The translations under genes and the position numbers were made by a program. From Lingula anatina (lineage: Eukaryota > Animalia > Brachiopoda): 64,000 nt of DNA. The notes beneath the pieces were generated by a model. It saw nothing but the letters and a program-made list of their open reading frames with translations, was not told the origin of the DNA and did no database searches. This document shows, one piece after another, positions 11,734 through 25,944 of this stretch (position 1 is its first letter; each line of letters begins with the position of its first letter). The stretch is taken from NCBI GenBank assembly GCA_051362555.1, contig CM120640.1, positions 35,049,967-35,113,966 on the forward strand, read 5' to 3'.

Positions 11734-14345
11734 TATATTTTTAAAATCTAACACTAAACTGCATCGACCTGTTGGCGAAAATGGATAGAAAGAATGACTA
11801 TTGTTGTCACGGGTAGCAAGCAACGGAATTTTCTTCTTTTCTTTTGCGTATCTCAAAAAGTTAACAAGAAAATCGAAAGAACGCGTGTAACAACAAGCAA
11901 TATTCAAGGGAGAACGAGTATTTCGAGCAAATCCAATGTGTCGGAAAAGATTCATCTTAGCGCTGATCACAATCAAGAGAGACTATCAAAACAGCTTAAG
12001 CGGAACAATAGGCACTGCTTTGCCGATCGCTGTTTATGACAAAGGGGGCATGGCGCATCCCTGTTCTATTGTTTCCCTAGACGTGCTGATGCTGCTAAGG
12101 TCCGCCCACCGAGTTTACCCATGCCAACGGCCCTTGACAACGAAGGCGGGGCATATACCAGGTCACCGATGTCGATGTGTGCAGCATCAGAATAATCAGA
12201 AAAAACAAATTTTTTGTTCAAAATGTAAAAATTTTATTCTGTTAAACGTTAGATACACGTTTAACCAATAATTAGACAGAAAAAACCAAAAATGGCTATT
12301 TTTAGCTATATTTGGGTACATCCGCTCCTTAAGCATCTGCTTGTTATTCGGCTACTGAAAGTGCACCTAAGTTTTAATCTTTGCTATTGCCACAAATTAC
12401 TTAACAATTGCAACTGTATAAAGACCAAACTTTCTTCATCTGATACTATATTTATAGGCACTTGTTATGAGTGGGAAATATTTTTCGTGCAATATTTATT
12501 CTCCACACACCACCTCGCGAGATCAACATGTAGCTGGACACTTACACAGTGAGACCCTACGACATAAAAGTTGCAATTTATCTTCATATTTCGTGTAGTT
12601 ATGCATTTAAAAGCACTTACCTGTTTTTTGAAAACCTTGTCCAACGTAATATCATATAAATTCTGTATTTCTCTCATTTTTTAGAAACTTGGACTCCGTT
12701 TCTGTTTCTGTCCTCAAAAATCAACAGACGAAGGCACAGATACTAACAAACGAGATTTAAACGAGAGCAACAATTAAGCGTAACAGAGATAGGCATCCAT
12801 TGTTCTCTGGGTTCTATTCATTCCGACCAATGAGAGACCGTAATACGGGCTCCGCCCCCACGCGTGTAATCTCCTTCTGTTATAACTCCTTGCCTATACG
12901 AGCTGAAGTGAAGTCATTCCCACTGACGCCAGCCAATCATGCCTGTGTTCTAACAAAACAAAAAAAAATCCCCTATGCTATTTTTATCTAAAAGGGGGTT
13001 GCCTCGCGTCATTCACCTTCTTTATTTATTTTTTGGTTCTAGCATTTAAAAAAGGGTTATGAAGTCAGTGGAGATGACAATGTGACAGTGTCTAATTTGA
13101 AACCTAATTTGAGACCCTTTACACTGTAACATTAGGCCTAACGACACAAAATTTTAATAAGATGAATGCCTGGTGGACAGTAGAACTATGCACGCTTATG
13201 ACTTATGACTTATGGGCAGAAACCACCAAATGATTTCCCATTGACGACCATACTAAGAAATGCCTGCAAAATTACTGGGTGAAACATTACCCATCCCAAT
13301 GGACAGCAGACACACTGACAAAACTCCCAGTGGCACAAAAATATACTGTCATCAGACATTCTTTCTGGGGTCCGCCATATAGATAAACGTCCTAATAAAA
13401 TATTCGTCCCGATAGATACGCCTCTATACCAGGGCCGTAGCCTGCTGGGGGCAGGGGGGGGGGGGGCAACTGCCCCTTCCCCCTGGGATTTGAGGTGCAA
13501 AAAAATAATAATAATAATAAAATAATCGCACAGGTAAAAAAATTTGCAAAGTTGGTTATCAATTCTGTGAGAAAATGTACTCATGGCCACTAGACAATTA
13601 TTCAAGAATCTGTTTACAAAGGTGTACTGTTTTTAGCCAACTCAGTTCATGCCAAAAAGCTCACCCTCCCTTAGGGAGCTATCCCCCAGGCTGTACTTAT
13701 GGCAAAATGAACCCACAATTTCTGACTTCTGATTGAGCAATAAATAACAGTTAAATGCACTAGAATGCAGTATTATACATACAGTTTTTAAAAATTTTCC
13801 ACACACCCTCCCACACCTATCACCACACTCCTATCACTTTCGAGTGATAGTCTGACTGCGAGTACCGACCCACTTAGTGATCTGACTTAATTACAACCTG
13901 ATATTTATTACCTTAAAGGTATGGTAAGCTCTAAAAAAGGGGCAAATTCCCTAAGAAAACGAATTTCACCCGGGTAAACTGAACTTAATTTTACCAGTCC
14001 ATTTTTGTTCTAAATCATCAATCCAAACTATCCAAGAGCACTTTTACAATTAGTTTGAGTTTCTTACGATGTCTTAAGATACTATATATGATTAGAATTT
14101 AAATTCTCCCAACCTACACATTACTTAAATTAAGTAAAAGTTATCGATTAATTGCATTTCCAAACAAACTATGTTGTTTACAAGGGCGCGTCGGAAGCGG
14201 GAGGAGGGGGCTGCAGCCAATAATTTGCTCTTGTATCTTCCCCTGGCTTAAGCTACCCTTGCTCGCACAGCCCCCCCCCCCCCCCCCCCTTCCGACAGCA
14301 GTGAGGATGAATTAACGGGAGTGTTAACTTGACATAAAAATAACG

Positions 14346-14584
14346 TGAGCGCAGACCTCCGCCAAGGCAGCAATTTTTTTATTATTATTGATTATTGATT
14401 GATTATTGATCCGGATCACTACCAAAAACTAATCATCTCTTCCTTGGCCCACTTCCGACAGTTCCTGAAAATTTCATTAAAATCGGTCCATAATTTTTTG
14501 GGTTACAGTATGTTGATGACAAACAAACAAACAAACAAACAAACAAACAGGGGTGAAAACATAACCTCCCTGGCGGAGGTAAAA
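14346..14584 (-). mobile_element. Short Helentron-associated non-autonomous element (HINE/DINE-like), family 2
   Basis: On the minus strand: tttacctccgccagggaggttatgttttc, then a (TTTG)n microsatellite, and a 3' end ccttggcggaggtctgcgctc. A second copy lies at 36859-37095. Confidence 0.7.
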
Positions 14585-16109
14585 ATTACGAGCATTTACG
14601 AGAACAAACTTTGCCCTTACTAGGGCTTTAAATTTTGACCTGAAATTTTATCAGAATACAGTAATATGCTCAAATATCCACTAATAGTAATACATATTTA
14701 AGTCCACCCCCTCTTCCCCAGCATTGCTGAAGTTGCTGAAACATTTATAATCTGAAATAGAAATGTGGCAACGCCATACCAAACCGGAGGGCCTATTTAT
14801 TTATTTATTTATTTATTTATTGAACGTAAAATACAAGTGAGAAGGCGGTTTGAACATGTTGACATATTCTAAAACAACTTTTTTAACAAATTCAATATAA
14901 CGAAGCAACCATTTTGAGCAATAGTGTACCCGTAATGGATCTATCGGTATTTGGATCTAAAAATACGTGGATCTATAGGTATGCGGATTTATAAGTAGGC
15001 CTACGTGGGTTTATGTGGAAGTCGTATCTATAGGAACGCAAATACATGTATATAGGACGATATTAACAAATCGGATCTATCAGTATTTGAATTTAAAAAG
15101 ACGTTTTTTTTTTTCAGTTTTTCCTTTATGTATCTATCGGTAACGGGAGTATAGTGACTTGAATATTTTGGGACTAAATTTTATCCGTACGTCCCCTCAC
15201 GACTGCACGGCACCTGTGCCTGGTCCTGAAAAAAAAACTGGCAGTTGTTTACACCCTTGCCTGCTAGTCGATACTAGAATTAACCCTAGCAACACACAAG
15301 AAATGCCAGGAAAAAAGGAAAAAGCACTAATTTTCTCTCACTGAACTACAGTCGATGATTGGTCCATTTAGTGGTTTCTGCCCTTACGCACCATTCGTGT
15401 AATGGAGGTAGAAAATGTAATCTGTCAACTTTTATCATTTATGTAATAGCAGGGGCGTAACCATGCAGACCTTTTAAAATTGTACGTTTTTTGGCTAAAA
15501 TGAACAGTTCTTATCCATTTAGTGAATATACCGTATTGGTCATAATTATGTGTATGTTTATTCCGTGGACTATTCGAAGATTACACACTAAATTAAACTT
15601 AAATTTTAAGGTTTAAAATTCACTCCCTTACCCAACATACACATGTAGGCCTATATAGCATTTTTGTTGTTGCAGTGTTCTTATCATTTAAATTACAAAT
15701 TCAACCAATTATTATTATTATCCAAAACCCTGTGAAATAATATATCACACAGCATGAGTCAGCTAAAAAACCCAAATTTCAGTTGAAATCCCCCGTCATT
15801 TTTTTGTTTTTTTTTTTAGAAAATTCCCTTGATAAGTGTCATTTCCAGACACACCCAGGACTTTACGTGTAGACTCGGCAGTCTGCCTGGGTTGATTGCC
15901 GAACTTATTAATCAATCAGTTAAATCCATAACAAGGAAATGCTTCCTTTCAATTGAAAATGATATTAAGGGATGTGCATAGGAATAAAATAGGTTCATTT
16001 AATTAAGTCTTACACATTATTATGAAACAACGAAAATTACTCATATTCTAGCAATTCTCCTTTACCTCGGGGATTCGTAATATTGAATACAGCCTACCGG
16101 CACTTCAGA

Positions 16110-16290
16110 TTATTGCCTAACTTCTATACTAATACTACGTGTTACTACTTGAAGGTGTCTGTTGGTCGCTCGATTTTGTATACCCTCGATCTTCTTTATC
16201 TCTCCTGGCAGATTATACATGCCAAAAACGGGGTGTGGTGTGGGCCAAATTATTGCCTCGCCATCGTCGATACTTTGGCGTAGGTACAGG
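16110..16290 (-). pseudogene. Small decayed LINE (CR1-like) ORF2 C-terminal fragment
   Basis: IIWP...EIKKIEGIQNRAT resembles the CR1-group W.P....I.KIE.IQRRAT motif; short and degenerate. Confidence 0.35.
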
Positions 16291-16521
16291 GAAGGGTGAC
16301 TCGAGGGTATGTGCCCGCCCCCCCCTTCTTCCTTAATTGGCCCGAGGGTGAGTTTTCTCTCCCTCTTTGGGATTCCTGGAAGCAATGGATCTTGGAAATA
16401 TTAGAGCAAAGATGTTGATGGGATGCTTCTTTTGCATAAGTAAACCATGCTTCTGAGTGATCCTCCCCCCCCCCCCCACCCCAGTTCAACGCCTTCATAT
16501 TTGTCATCGTTGTCTATGTAA

Positions 16522-16744
16522 AGCCTAGATTACATTTGAAATGCGATGCCCGTACGGTGCACGTATACTGCCCGTAATACTCTTTTCGTACGGTGTCTGA
16601 GAGGAGGTAAACGGTGGTCGTGCTAAATCACTTGGAATCGTACGGAGTTAAGTCCATGCAGTGTAGACATACTCGGCGTAGCCCGTAGCTCATTACGATT
16701 TCAAAAAAAAAAAATCTTACTGACGAACGGATGTAATCTAGGCT
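16522..16744. mobile_element. PIF/Harbinger-like MITE, with a truncated second copy at 16768-16827
   Basis: TIRs agcctagattacat / atgtaatctaggct, flanked by TAA and TTA (TWA target). Confidence 0.5.
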
Positions 16745-17573
16745 TTACTATTTCAAAAAAAATCGTAAAGCCTAGATAACACTTCCATCGGACAGCGCCC
16801 GTACCGCGTGTTAATGTAATCTAGGCTCAAAATGAATAATGACATCCATTGCTCCAAAAGACGAAAGACACTAAAACGTGTTTCAAAAATATATGTGAAA
16901 AGCGCTCTGAGAACGTCTTTTAAGATACTTAGTATAAGTATATTACACAAGCTTCAAATTGTCATTGGTGTGGCTGTGCCATTAGACAAAAAACAACAAA
17001 AGTCGCAACAAACGCAATGTCAAACTACTCATCATCTCTCGGTTTTCGTGAAAATCAACCAACAAGTTGTTCAAGAGATGATAAGAAAATTTTTCCATTT
17101 TTGTCCATTCACTTCCATGCAGTGCTCCCTCCGATTGCTGTTACAACGTTAACATCTATTCAGGTAATCAAACTCTCCAATGACAATAATCATCACTTTA
17201 TTTTGAATTTTTTAAAATACATTTTATAAAAAATATTTTGCAACTACTGAATTTAACAATGGAAATGGAACAAACAGCGCCATCCGAAAATCTCTTTTCC
17301 AGAGCTAAGTGGACTGCAGGTGACATAATATAGCAGATTCTTCATTTTCTTGTTAATAAAATGATGTCTTCAAATACGTAATGTATACTAGGATTTTAAA
17401 ATAGATATAATAGAGAATATAAGACTGATCAGAAGCGTAGTCCTTATATGATCGATTCAATACACTGCACTTTGGTGAATCGTAAATTGGCGCTTAAACT
17501 AAAATCTCAAACCAGTTTTTTTTTATTGTCAGTCTCAATTCAGAACCGCACTTCCACAAGGGATCCGGAAACT

Positions 17574-20500
17574 TTACACAAAGAACGTATTCACGGTTGC
17601 AGCTATCTTCTTTGAACATTTTGGACAATTCCTTTCATTTGGAGCGCAATTTTTGCAGCAAGTAATATGGGCACAAGGCAGAAATAAAACGGTTGCATCT
17701 TCAGTACAGGACGAGGTGAAACAACGTCTTCTTTCTTTCAGGTCTCGATTTTCACGACGCATTACTGAAAATTATGAACACTTCATTTAAATATATAAAT
17801 AAATTTTGGACCATTGTATACTTAAATGAAAAAGGCAGCTCTTCAAATGTATGTGAACATCTTAACTTTTCAACATACAAAACAAAAATAACTAGACTGC
17901 AACTGGCTGAAGCCAGTGGCGGAGGATTCCCCTGCAAAATAGGTGTGGAAATGCTCTTACAAGGTTATGTGAAGGTCATGGGTTAAATTTGACCAAATAT
18001 TCTGAAAGAGCATGTGCGAATTGGGGGGGGGGGGGGGGGGGGGGGTGTCAACAAAACATCACTCTAGCCCACTGCAATATTTCTCCATGAAATAGCCAAA
18101 TGACCTTGAAAATGAGGGTCAAGGTCAAATTTGACATTTGATTTGGGGGTTTTGGGTATATGTTTGGGGTAGTTTACTATGGCATGCTACGACCAAAAAC
18201 CAGTGTTTCATGGATAAACTGCCAAACTCAAGATTTCTGCAATGTCATAAATATTTAAAAATCTATATTTAAAAAAGTAATAAGGCAGTCACTACCAAAG
18301 TACGGCTAACCTTAGATAAATATATAGGGCATCACTTGCCACTATGATTGGGGCTCTGGGCCTTCTGGTTTTTGAGATCTCGGAAACAAACCTTTTTTGA
18401 GCCCGTTTGGCCATTAGCGACCTTGACCTTGACCTACTTGCATAAAAGTAGGTCATTATCTGTGGATTTGTCTCAGTATCATTGACCATAAGGCCCTTGG
18501 CCATATGGCTTATACTTTAGGCCTAATGGCAATTTCAAATTTCATAAAATTTGCCTTTAAAAGACCTAGTGACCTTGAAAAGTAGGTCAAGGTCACTGAA
18601 ACTGGGTCTGTGGCATATTCTTGCCATGGGCTACCTATGATAATTATTTCAGATTTTTTGCGAAAAAAAAACGCGCGGAAAGAATAATAATAATAACAAC
18701 AACTATAATACTACCAAAAACAATAGTATTCCCCTATGGGGAATCCTAAATATTATTCCTACACGATTTTGTTAAAACGACTGTTTACTTTCAATGCAAT
18801 CATTGAAGTAAATGAAGGGCATAGGTATTAGAATTTACCTGATATTTCGTCATCACCATCGTCAATATCATCATCACTTTCAGCAAGGTTCTCTGTAAAA
18901 TTTATAGATGATTTCAGAAATAAAAATGTTCATAAATTCTGAAGTAACAAAAGAACAGAAATATGCTTACAATATCAAATTATCTTAAGAATACACAGCT
19001 TTTACGACTCTCAGTTATTACTTCACGAAGCGTAGACTTCTAAAATATGATAGAATTCAATCATTGTCATAATTTTAAGATGTCTTCAATTCAAATCAAA
19101 ATATTTTGTGACTTTATTTACCAGAATCAGAGATGAGCTGTTGCGAAGTCCCTTCCATTTGATTTTCCTCCTTTTTGGCCTTTTCTTCTAAAGCAAATAG
19201 TTCTTCTATTATGACTTCAGCGCTGGGAGGTTTTGGCCCTGAATAAATAACACGGGTGTAGAATAAAGCGTTAACTGATATTTTCCTAGGCGTAAAGAGT
19301 GAATGGAGATGGAGCGGTCTACTCTAAGGCTTTTCACAAATAACATTCCCTTTTTAAGCTGCTATGTAAGCATCCCATTCAGATCGTCCCGTTACATGCA
19401 CCCATCACAATAAGGGCCTGCATCTAGATATAGTTAACCAAGAGGTTTTGATTAAAACAAACTAAATGCAATGACTTTAAATTACCACATGTACATTTGT
19501 GACACAGGTCAAGTAAATTGTTGAAAAATTACCTTTTTCTTTGAACATTTTTTCCAATATTTGCCGAATAACAGCAACATCAAAGCCCATTCCCAGAACT
19601 GAGCGAACAGCAGGTGACGTCATGGCAGATTCCATGGTTATTCCCTGATTTGATAAAATGATATGTTAAAAGACAATACATACGACATATGCTAGAACCA
19701 ACAAACAAAATACAACACACATCAAATTTGCATTCTTTAAATTATGCAATAAATAAAATATGCATGAGAAAGCCATTTCACTCACCACTCAAAACAATAA
19801 AAGCCTTATGAAGTTTTCGTCTTTGTGTAACATATAAAAAAACATGGTATGGTCCTGTGTCATATATGTCAGATTTCTACAGGCTTCAGTTAAAGTGCAG
19901 TAAATTGTACTGTCACGATCAAACCTGTAAAAGGCCTACACATGCTGATCCTGACCAATTTCCTTACCTTGGTAGGCGATGATTTTCCTTTCCCTTGGAT
20001 ATCCCTAATGAAGTCTACGCCTTTACACTGTTTGACAAACCCGCATTTAGGAAACCAGCGTGCATGCTCTACCCATGGATCATCTCCTTGTGCCCAATTA
20101 CATAACCCTCCATTGCAGAAAAAGCACTGAAATGGTGAAAAAATACCAATTTACATGTATTGCAAATGTATCACAATATTAACTAATATGTTTCTTACAG
20201 CTTTTAAGCGTAAAGTTGATTTAAGACTAGGGTAACATTTTTCGACAATCAGTATCACACATCGATTTTTCAAAACAGAAATATAAATTGTCACGTTCAT
20301 TTCACTAACTTTTGTTATTGTCAATTTTAGACTCAGCAAATTAAGTTTTGTTTATAATTGCCATTTAAGTTATTTGTTTGTTCTTTCTTTTATCTATTAA
20401 ATCTATTCAATTACCAATATAAACTACAAATCTTGCGTCATACCTTAACTTTATCATCGTAGCCTGCATAAAAGAATCCAGCGTGTGCCAGTTCTGCAGG

Positions 20501-21418
20501 AGTCTGGGACTTGTCTCTTGGCCAATCGGTAAAAGACTGAACTCTGTTAACCTCAATGGCAAACTGTTGGTTCTTTGGCCTTTCAAACACTATGGGGCTC
20601 TCCTCTGAAAGCGCAAGCAGGGCTTCGTTAGCGATAACAGTGGTGCCATCTTCTTGCAAATTCGACTGGTTGACAAAGCTGCAAAGTGGAAAATGTCGGC
20701 GGTGTTCAGCCATTGGGTCGTCCCCGGTTTCAAAGTTACACATCTTCCCCTGGCAAAACACGCATCGCACGGTGTCTGTTCTTCCAGTGAATACAAACCC
20801 TGCTTCTGCCACAGTCTGCGGGTGTATGTCGCTATGTGGCCAATTGACAAACGTCTCTAATCTTGCCCACGTGCTTTGGCGGTAGTAAGAATCGCTACTG
20901 CTGTTCTCCGGATTATTGTATACTGATGTTCTGACCCCATCTGGGGCATCTCTATTTTGTGCTGTGTTTGTAGATTTGTCTTCAGAATTGCTCCCTCCTT
21001 GCACAGTAAAGGACATGCCGCCGACAGCCCCTCTATCTTCCTCCAAAGCTGCCTGACCAGCACCAGGAGCAGGGGTTGTTAATATTGGCACGTTCCTGTT
21101 GCTCAGCCCTTTGATATAATCGCATGTTGGAAAATGCCGCCTGTGTTCCGACTCTGGATTGTCCCCGGGTTTCCAGCTCTGCAAACGTCCATTGCAAGAG
21201 AAACAAATGACCCTGTCACCTTCCCCAGAATAATAAAATCCTGCTCGGGCAAGACGTGTTGCTCCCACGGGTGCAGTGACAGGCCAGTTTTTAAACGAAC
21301 TGACCCTCAGCGCTTCATACTGCATTTCTTCACCAGGAGCAAATGGAAGTCCATTTTGCAAACGTTCAAAATATGAATTAAGTGAAAGACTGTTCACGTT
21401 ATCACCAGAACTAGCCAT
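17574..21418 (-). CDS. Inhibitor-of-apoptosis protein with BIR1-BIR2-BIR3-UBA-RING (XIAP/DIAP2-like architecture), about 535 aa
   Basis: Exons 20444-21418, 19968-20126, 19533-19644, 19122-19238, 18839-18892 and 17574-17764; all introns GT-AG and phase-consistent. BIR3 [31 protein letters not shown] ([13 protein letters not shown]) and C-terminal RING ([14 protein letters not shown]...CPKC...TFFV*). Confidence 0.93.
17890..18750 (-). mobile_element. Helitron/Helentron-type non-autonomous element in the last IAP intron (family 3)
   Basis: Minus-strand 5' end tttaggattccccataggggaatac (subterminal IR plus palindrome) followed by (ATT/GTT)n. The 3' end has aggggaatcct, the hairpin ctggcttcagccag, and CTAG-TT. 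Confidence 0.65.
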
Positions 21419-21999
21419 TTTAATATATATATTTATATATATACTGGAATATCCCACTTAATGACCCAACAATATTTGAGGAATATCTACATAAAGGTCG
21501 GTTTTAGTCGTTTTTTGCGATGAAAAGAAAAGGAGATGTCCTTTTTGTATTGAATAATATGAATTCCTAGAACGTGTAAGTGTTTATGTCTCCTGTGCTT
21601 AGGGTGAAAATGTTTGATTATCTTCGTATTGGAAAAAACGTTACAGTTCACTGCACATAAAGAGGATTTTCCGAAAGACTGGTCCATACATTTATATCCA
21701 TCTTGTTTGTGAGATTTTTTTTCAATAGGCCTAACACAACACAGCACCAAAGGTGCCATGACAGATGTTCAGTGGCATACTGAAGTGATACTGGTATATA
21801 TTTTAACACTGGTTTGGTACTGCACACAATGATCAGTAAGATGTAAAAAATGCACCTGGCCAACTGCTCCGTCTTCATGCCGTTACCTTTTCGTTCTGAA
21901 ATGATGAGATATGGAATGCATCATTCAATATATCAGGAAACATCTACTTTCAATATCTATACTATTAATATCACTATCTATATTATGCACACTATCAAT

Positions 22000-23182
22000 A
22001 TAATAATAATAATAATATATTTATTTCAAGTCTAAAATCCATAAAATGTTCAATAGACTGTACAACATAAAATACAAAGAAGTTTATAGATAAAAATGGT
22101 TAAGATATATTTTATATAAATAAGAGCTAAACTAAATTGTAATAAACAGTAATTAAAAGTAAAAAATCCAAGGTTTCTTTAAAATTGTAAAATTTAAAAT
22201 TCATGAATAAAATGTCTTAAAAATATGAGTTTTTAATTCCTTTTTAAAAGATTCTTGTGATTCTATTAGTCTAATAAAAATTGGCAACTTATTCCACTCT
22301 ACTGGTGCAGCTACACAAAATGATATGTCACCATATGATTTTAACATTGATTTTGGAACTTTCAGTAAAAGTTTGTCACCAGACCGCAGGGATCTTTGAG
22401 GGCTATAATGTTTGACTAGATCAGTTATATATGGTGGAGCTAGATTATAAAAAGCAGCATGTGTAAAAACTAAAACCTTAAATAAAATTCTGGCCCTAAC
22501 TGGTAACCAGTGCAGATGCTTTAAAATTGGAGTGATATGGCAATCCCTAGGCTGTAGCATTAAAAGCCGTGCTGAGATATTCTGGATGCGTTGTAATCTT
22601 TTGATCTTATCATCTGGACATCCATATAATACAGAATTGCAATAGTCTAGCCTGGGAGTTACCAATGAGTGTATAACAGTAGCAGCAGATGATTGATTCA
22701 GATGTTTCCTTATGGTGCCAATATTCCGAATGTTGAATAAACAAGACCTTGTGATGTAGGAGATCTGTTTGTCCATTGAAAGTGTAGAATCAAAGTATAC
22801 TCCTAATTTTTTTACATGGGGGGAGGAAAATGCCATACTAGCTCCAATTTTAAGCTGCAAGTTGTGAGCAAGGCCCTTGTTGTGGGATTGAGTAATGACT
22901 AAAAATTCTGTTTTTCCATCATTTATCTTCAATTTGTTTGAAATGAGCCAACCTCTGAGGTCTGATATGCAATCAACAATTGTGTTCACAGACAATGCTG
23001 GATCATGGATGTTACAAGATGTGTACAATTGGGTATCATCAGCATAAAAGTGGTTACCTATCTTATGATAATGCAGAATTGCTCCAAGGGGTAACGTGTA
23101 AACACAAAACTTAAGCGGGCCAAGCACGCTCCCCTGAGGAACACCAAATAAAAGTTGTGAGAGTTCAGAAAGCACACCATTT
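22000..23182 (-). mobile_element. 5'-truncated LINE (CR1/L2 group); RT C-terminal ORF at 22201-23175 with 3' UTR and (ATT)n tail
   Basis: Motifs GVPQGSVLGP, FYADDTQLY, LKINDGKTE, RLDYCNS and HITPILKHLHWLPV in an uninterrupted 324-codon ORF. The tail reads (aat)n on the plus strand near 22000-22015. Confidence 0.92.
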
Positions 23183-23571
23183 ATATCACTATCTACACTA
23201 TGTATGCTATCAATATTACCAGTACTATCAATATTGTCTAAGGCGAATTACACCAAAAAATACCCAACATATGTATTCAATATTATATATAATATAAAAT
23301 CAATAAAAGTATAAAAAAAAAATAATAATAAGGAATAGTCGTAGAACCAAATGACCATCTATCTATCTATCTAGAGACATATCTGTGAATATCTGTAAAA
23401 AAAATCTTTCAGTCACCCTGGTAGAGGGTAGCTGATCAGTATGTTTTCCTTAAAATGTGTTATCAGTGTTGCATATATGCAGAAAAAAGCAAAAAATAAC
23501 AATAAAAAACAGTATAACTTTTAGTGAAAATGGTCCGATCAAGCTGCTTTTCCAACTTGAACTGTGACGTT

Positions 23572-24813
23572 AGGCACTAGCCCGAGGCAATTGCCTACCT
23601 AAAGTGGCACCGGGCTAGTAAAAAAGTTGAAATTTTATAAAGCACTAGCCCGAACAGGCTAGTTGAAATTTTGAGCCTATTGTAACACTCAGTAAGATTT
23701 CAAAAATATAAGTCGCCAGTCTTCTGTGCCCCTGCCTCTAATTTGACGTTTCTAGATAGTAAGATATGCCTCTCAGTTGAAAAATCTCACACCTAGCTCT
23801 AACTACTGAATATTGATTAGTTGCTATAAATAACTTCACTGTAGTTATTTATAGCAGCAGTCTGTCTGATCAGCGTGTCGGCATCTTCTTATTTGACCAG
23901 TTTGTTGTCATGACTACAAATTGCTGTCAATCAAGTTACTGGATCAGACCGGAATTCCTTGGTACTAGCAACAGGTTTTGTCAAAACAACACTGTCTCCG
24001 AAGCAAGTGTAATGTATGCATTATCTCATGGAACATTTGGGTTAGGACCACTTAGCAGACTGAGGGGTGTAGTATTCTATTTCCTTTTTTGTTTGTATTT
24101 TTTATTTATAATTTTAATATCCACGAGTTAATACATTTTCCTTTGCTTATTGCCTTTTAAAAACAATAAGACCCTGGCAGTTACATGTGACATAAATACC
24201 CTATGAACTATTCTTGACAATGTGGGATAGTTGGGTTTATGCCATGGCTACCCCTCCACACTTGAAAAGTTGTTTTTACAATTGTATAACCAAAAGAATT
24301 GTAACCAAAAAAATTGCAAGACGTTTGTTTAATTACCCTTACAGCACCTATGTATTTTAAATTAGAAGTGGCATTATGTACTGATGTAATTGGAAATAAA
24401 TTGTCGGAAAAGAGCCATTGTCAATAAAAAGAATAGGAATTTAAAAAAATTTTTGATTGCATATAAAAATGGAAAGAAAGGTATTATAAAAATATGAAAA
24501 GTAAGGGTAACTATTTTCAGTATTACATATTAAAAAAGGGAATTTTTTCAATATTAAATAATTATATTTTAAATCAATTTTACCACCCCATCAACTGAAA
24601 ATTAACCTGATTGACTTTGTTATTCACTTGCTCTACTTCTATAATAAGGTTTACAAGAAAGTACAGTATGGTACCACAACTCTTTACAACATCTGCTTAA
24701 ACTTTTTAAATGAATTATTTAAATTGGGCTAGTGATTTTTGGTTTGGGCTAGTAAAGTTTGAGAGTCTGCTAGCCCGAAGGGCTAGTAGTCAAAAAAGTT
24801 TTTGGCGCAGACT
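23572..24813. mobile_element. Probable non-autonomous DNA element with GGGCTAGT/ACTAGCCC subterminal repeats, apparently splitting a family-1 HINE remnant
   Basis: Clusters of cactagcccg / cgggctagt at 23575-23665 and 24726-24790. Family-1 HINE satellite units flank it at 23435-23565 and 24825-25207. Confidence 0.4.
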
Positions 24814-24824
24814 GGACTCAGCCT

Positions 24825-25207
24825 ATTCATCAGTTCTGTAAGTTTCAAGCCAAAAGGTAAAATGGTTTTCCACTTATCGTGTTATCGGTGTTGCATACAT
24901 GCTGAAAAAAAAACAGCATTACTTCCATAAAAATGGCCTGGAACATGCTGATTTTTAAACTTTACCTGCATATTATGAACATTCATCAGTTCTGTAAGTT
25001 TCAAGCCAAAAGGTAAAACGTTTTTTCACTTAAATTGCATTATCGGTGTTGCATATACGCTGAAAAAGGTAAAAAAACAAAAAACAGCATAACTTCCATA
25101 AAAATGGACTGAACATGCTGATTTTCGAACTTGACCTGCATATTATGAATATTCATCAGTTCTGTCAATTCAAGCCAAAAGGTACAATGGGTGTCTGTAC
25201 ATAAAAA
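24825..25207 (-). mobile_element. Partial family-1 HINE (about 161-bp repeat units) in inverted orientation
   Basis: The reverse complement of the 161-bp unit (attcatcagttctgtaagtttcaagccaaaagg) occurs three times, ending in gtctgtacataaaaa, which is the 5' terminus of the family. Confidence 0.75.
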
Positions 25208-25944
25208 CCTCTAATATGCACGTTCTGTCGTCTGCTATAAAAACTCGTACAGTATGTACATGTACAGTACATACTGGTATGTTACGTTACCTTTGCTAGT
25301 TCAAGTGAAATCATCAATTCCACTGACTTTTGTCAGTTTTGTACATCTCCGTGTAATCCTACGACTTTTTGATGAAAATACGTGTTTTTGAAAGAATCAA
25401 TGTAGCAACTCAGCGCAAGTCCTAGTAAGAAATTATTCGTAAGATTACCCCAACAAAAAAATCCCCATGTGCATTTTTTCCCCACGCTATTTTTAGAACT
25501 AGGGAGTTCCGTAATGTCATTCTATTCTTGTTTCATTAGTCTATTCATACTACTATACTTCATACCATACAGGGCGTATAAAAAAGTGAACAGTTATAAA
25601 AATACCCAGAATTTAAAATTTTTATTTCATATAACAAATGTTAATGTAAATATAGGATTTAAATATTGTATGCAGCTTGCGGAATCAGCCGAGGATTGCC
25701 GATTGACTAATGTCGAGTGCGGAGACATCCGAGTATTTCCGACTGAGTCTATTTGTTCTTTTTAAAGGATTATGGCCTAACACTATATGGCAGTAGGGAC
25801 ATAATCTATAATAAAAACGTTAGTGCATGTTACACTAACGATACAAGTATTATTTAAATTAAGAAGAATGCATGGGATCTCTTGTATAATTTCTTCCGCC
25901 TGGTGGACAGTTGATGAACTATGTAGGTAAGCACTATTTGTGCA

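Noticed and set aside
9280-13000. Numerous 60-110 aa ORFs and possible TTAA-type element ends
   Set aside because: No recognisable domains or consistent splice structure, and I could not pair TIRs confidently.
14930-15150. Degenerate ~17-bp GGATCTAT repeats
   Set aside because: Short decayed minisatellite, probably the interior of a MITE; no clear termini or function are supportable.
21419-21457. ORF-track N-terminal extension MGYSSIYINIYIK of IAP paralog 2
   Set aside because: It begins at GTG and runs through an (AT)n tract. The first ATG, at 21418, has a good context and is homologous to the ancestral ATG in paralog 1.
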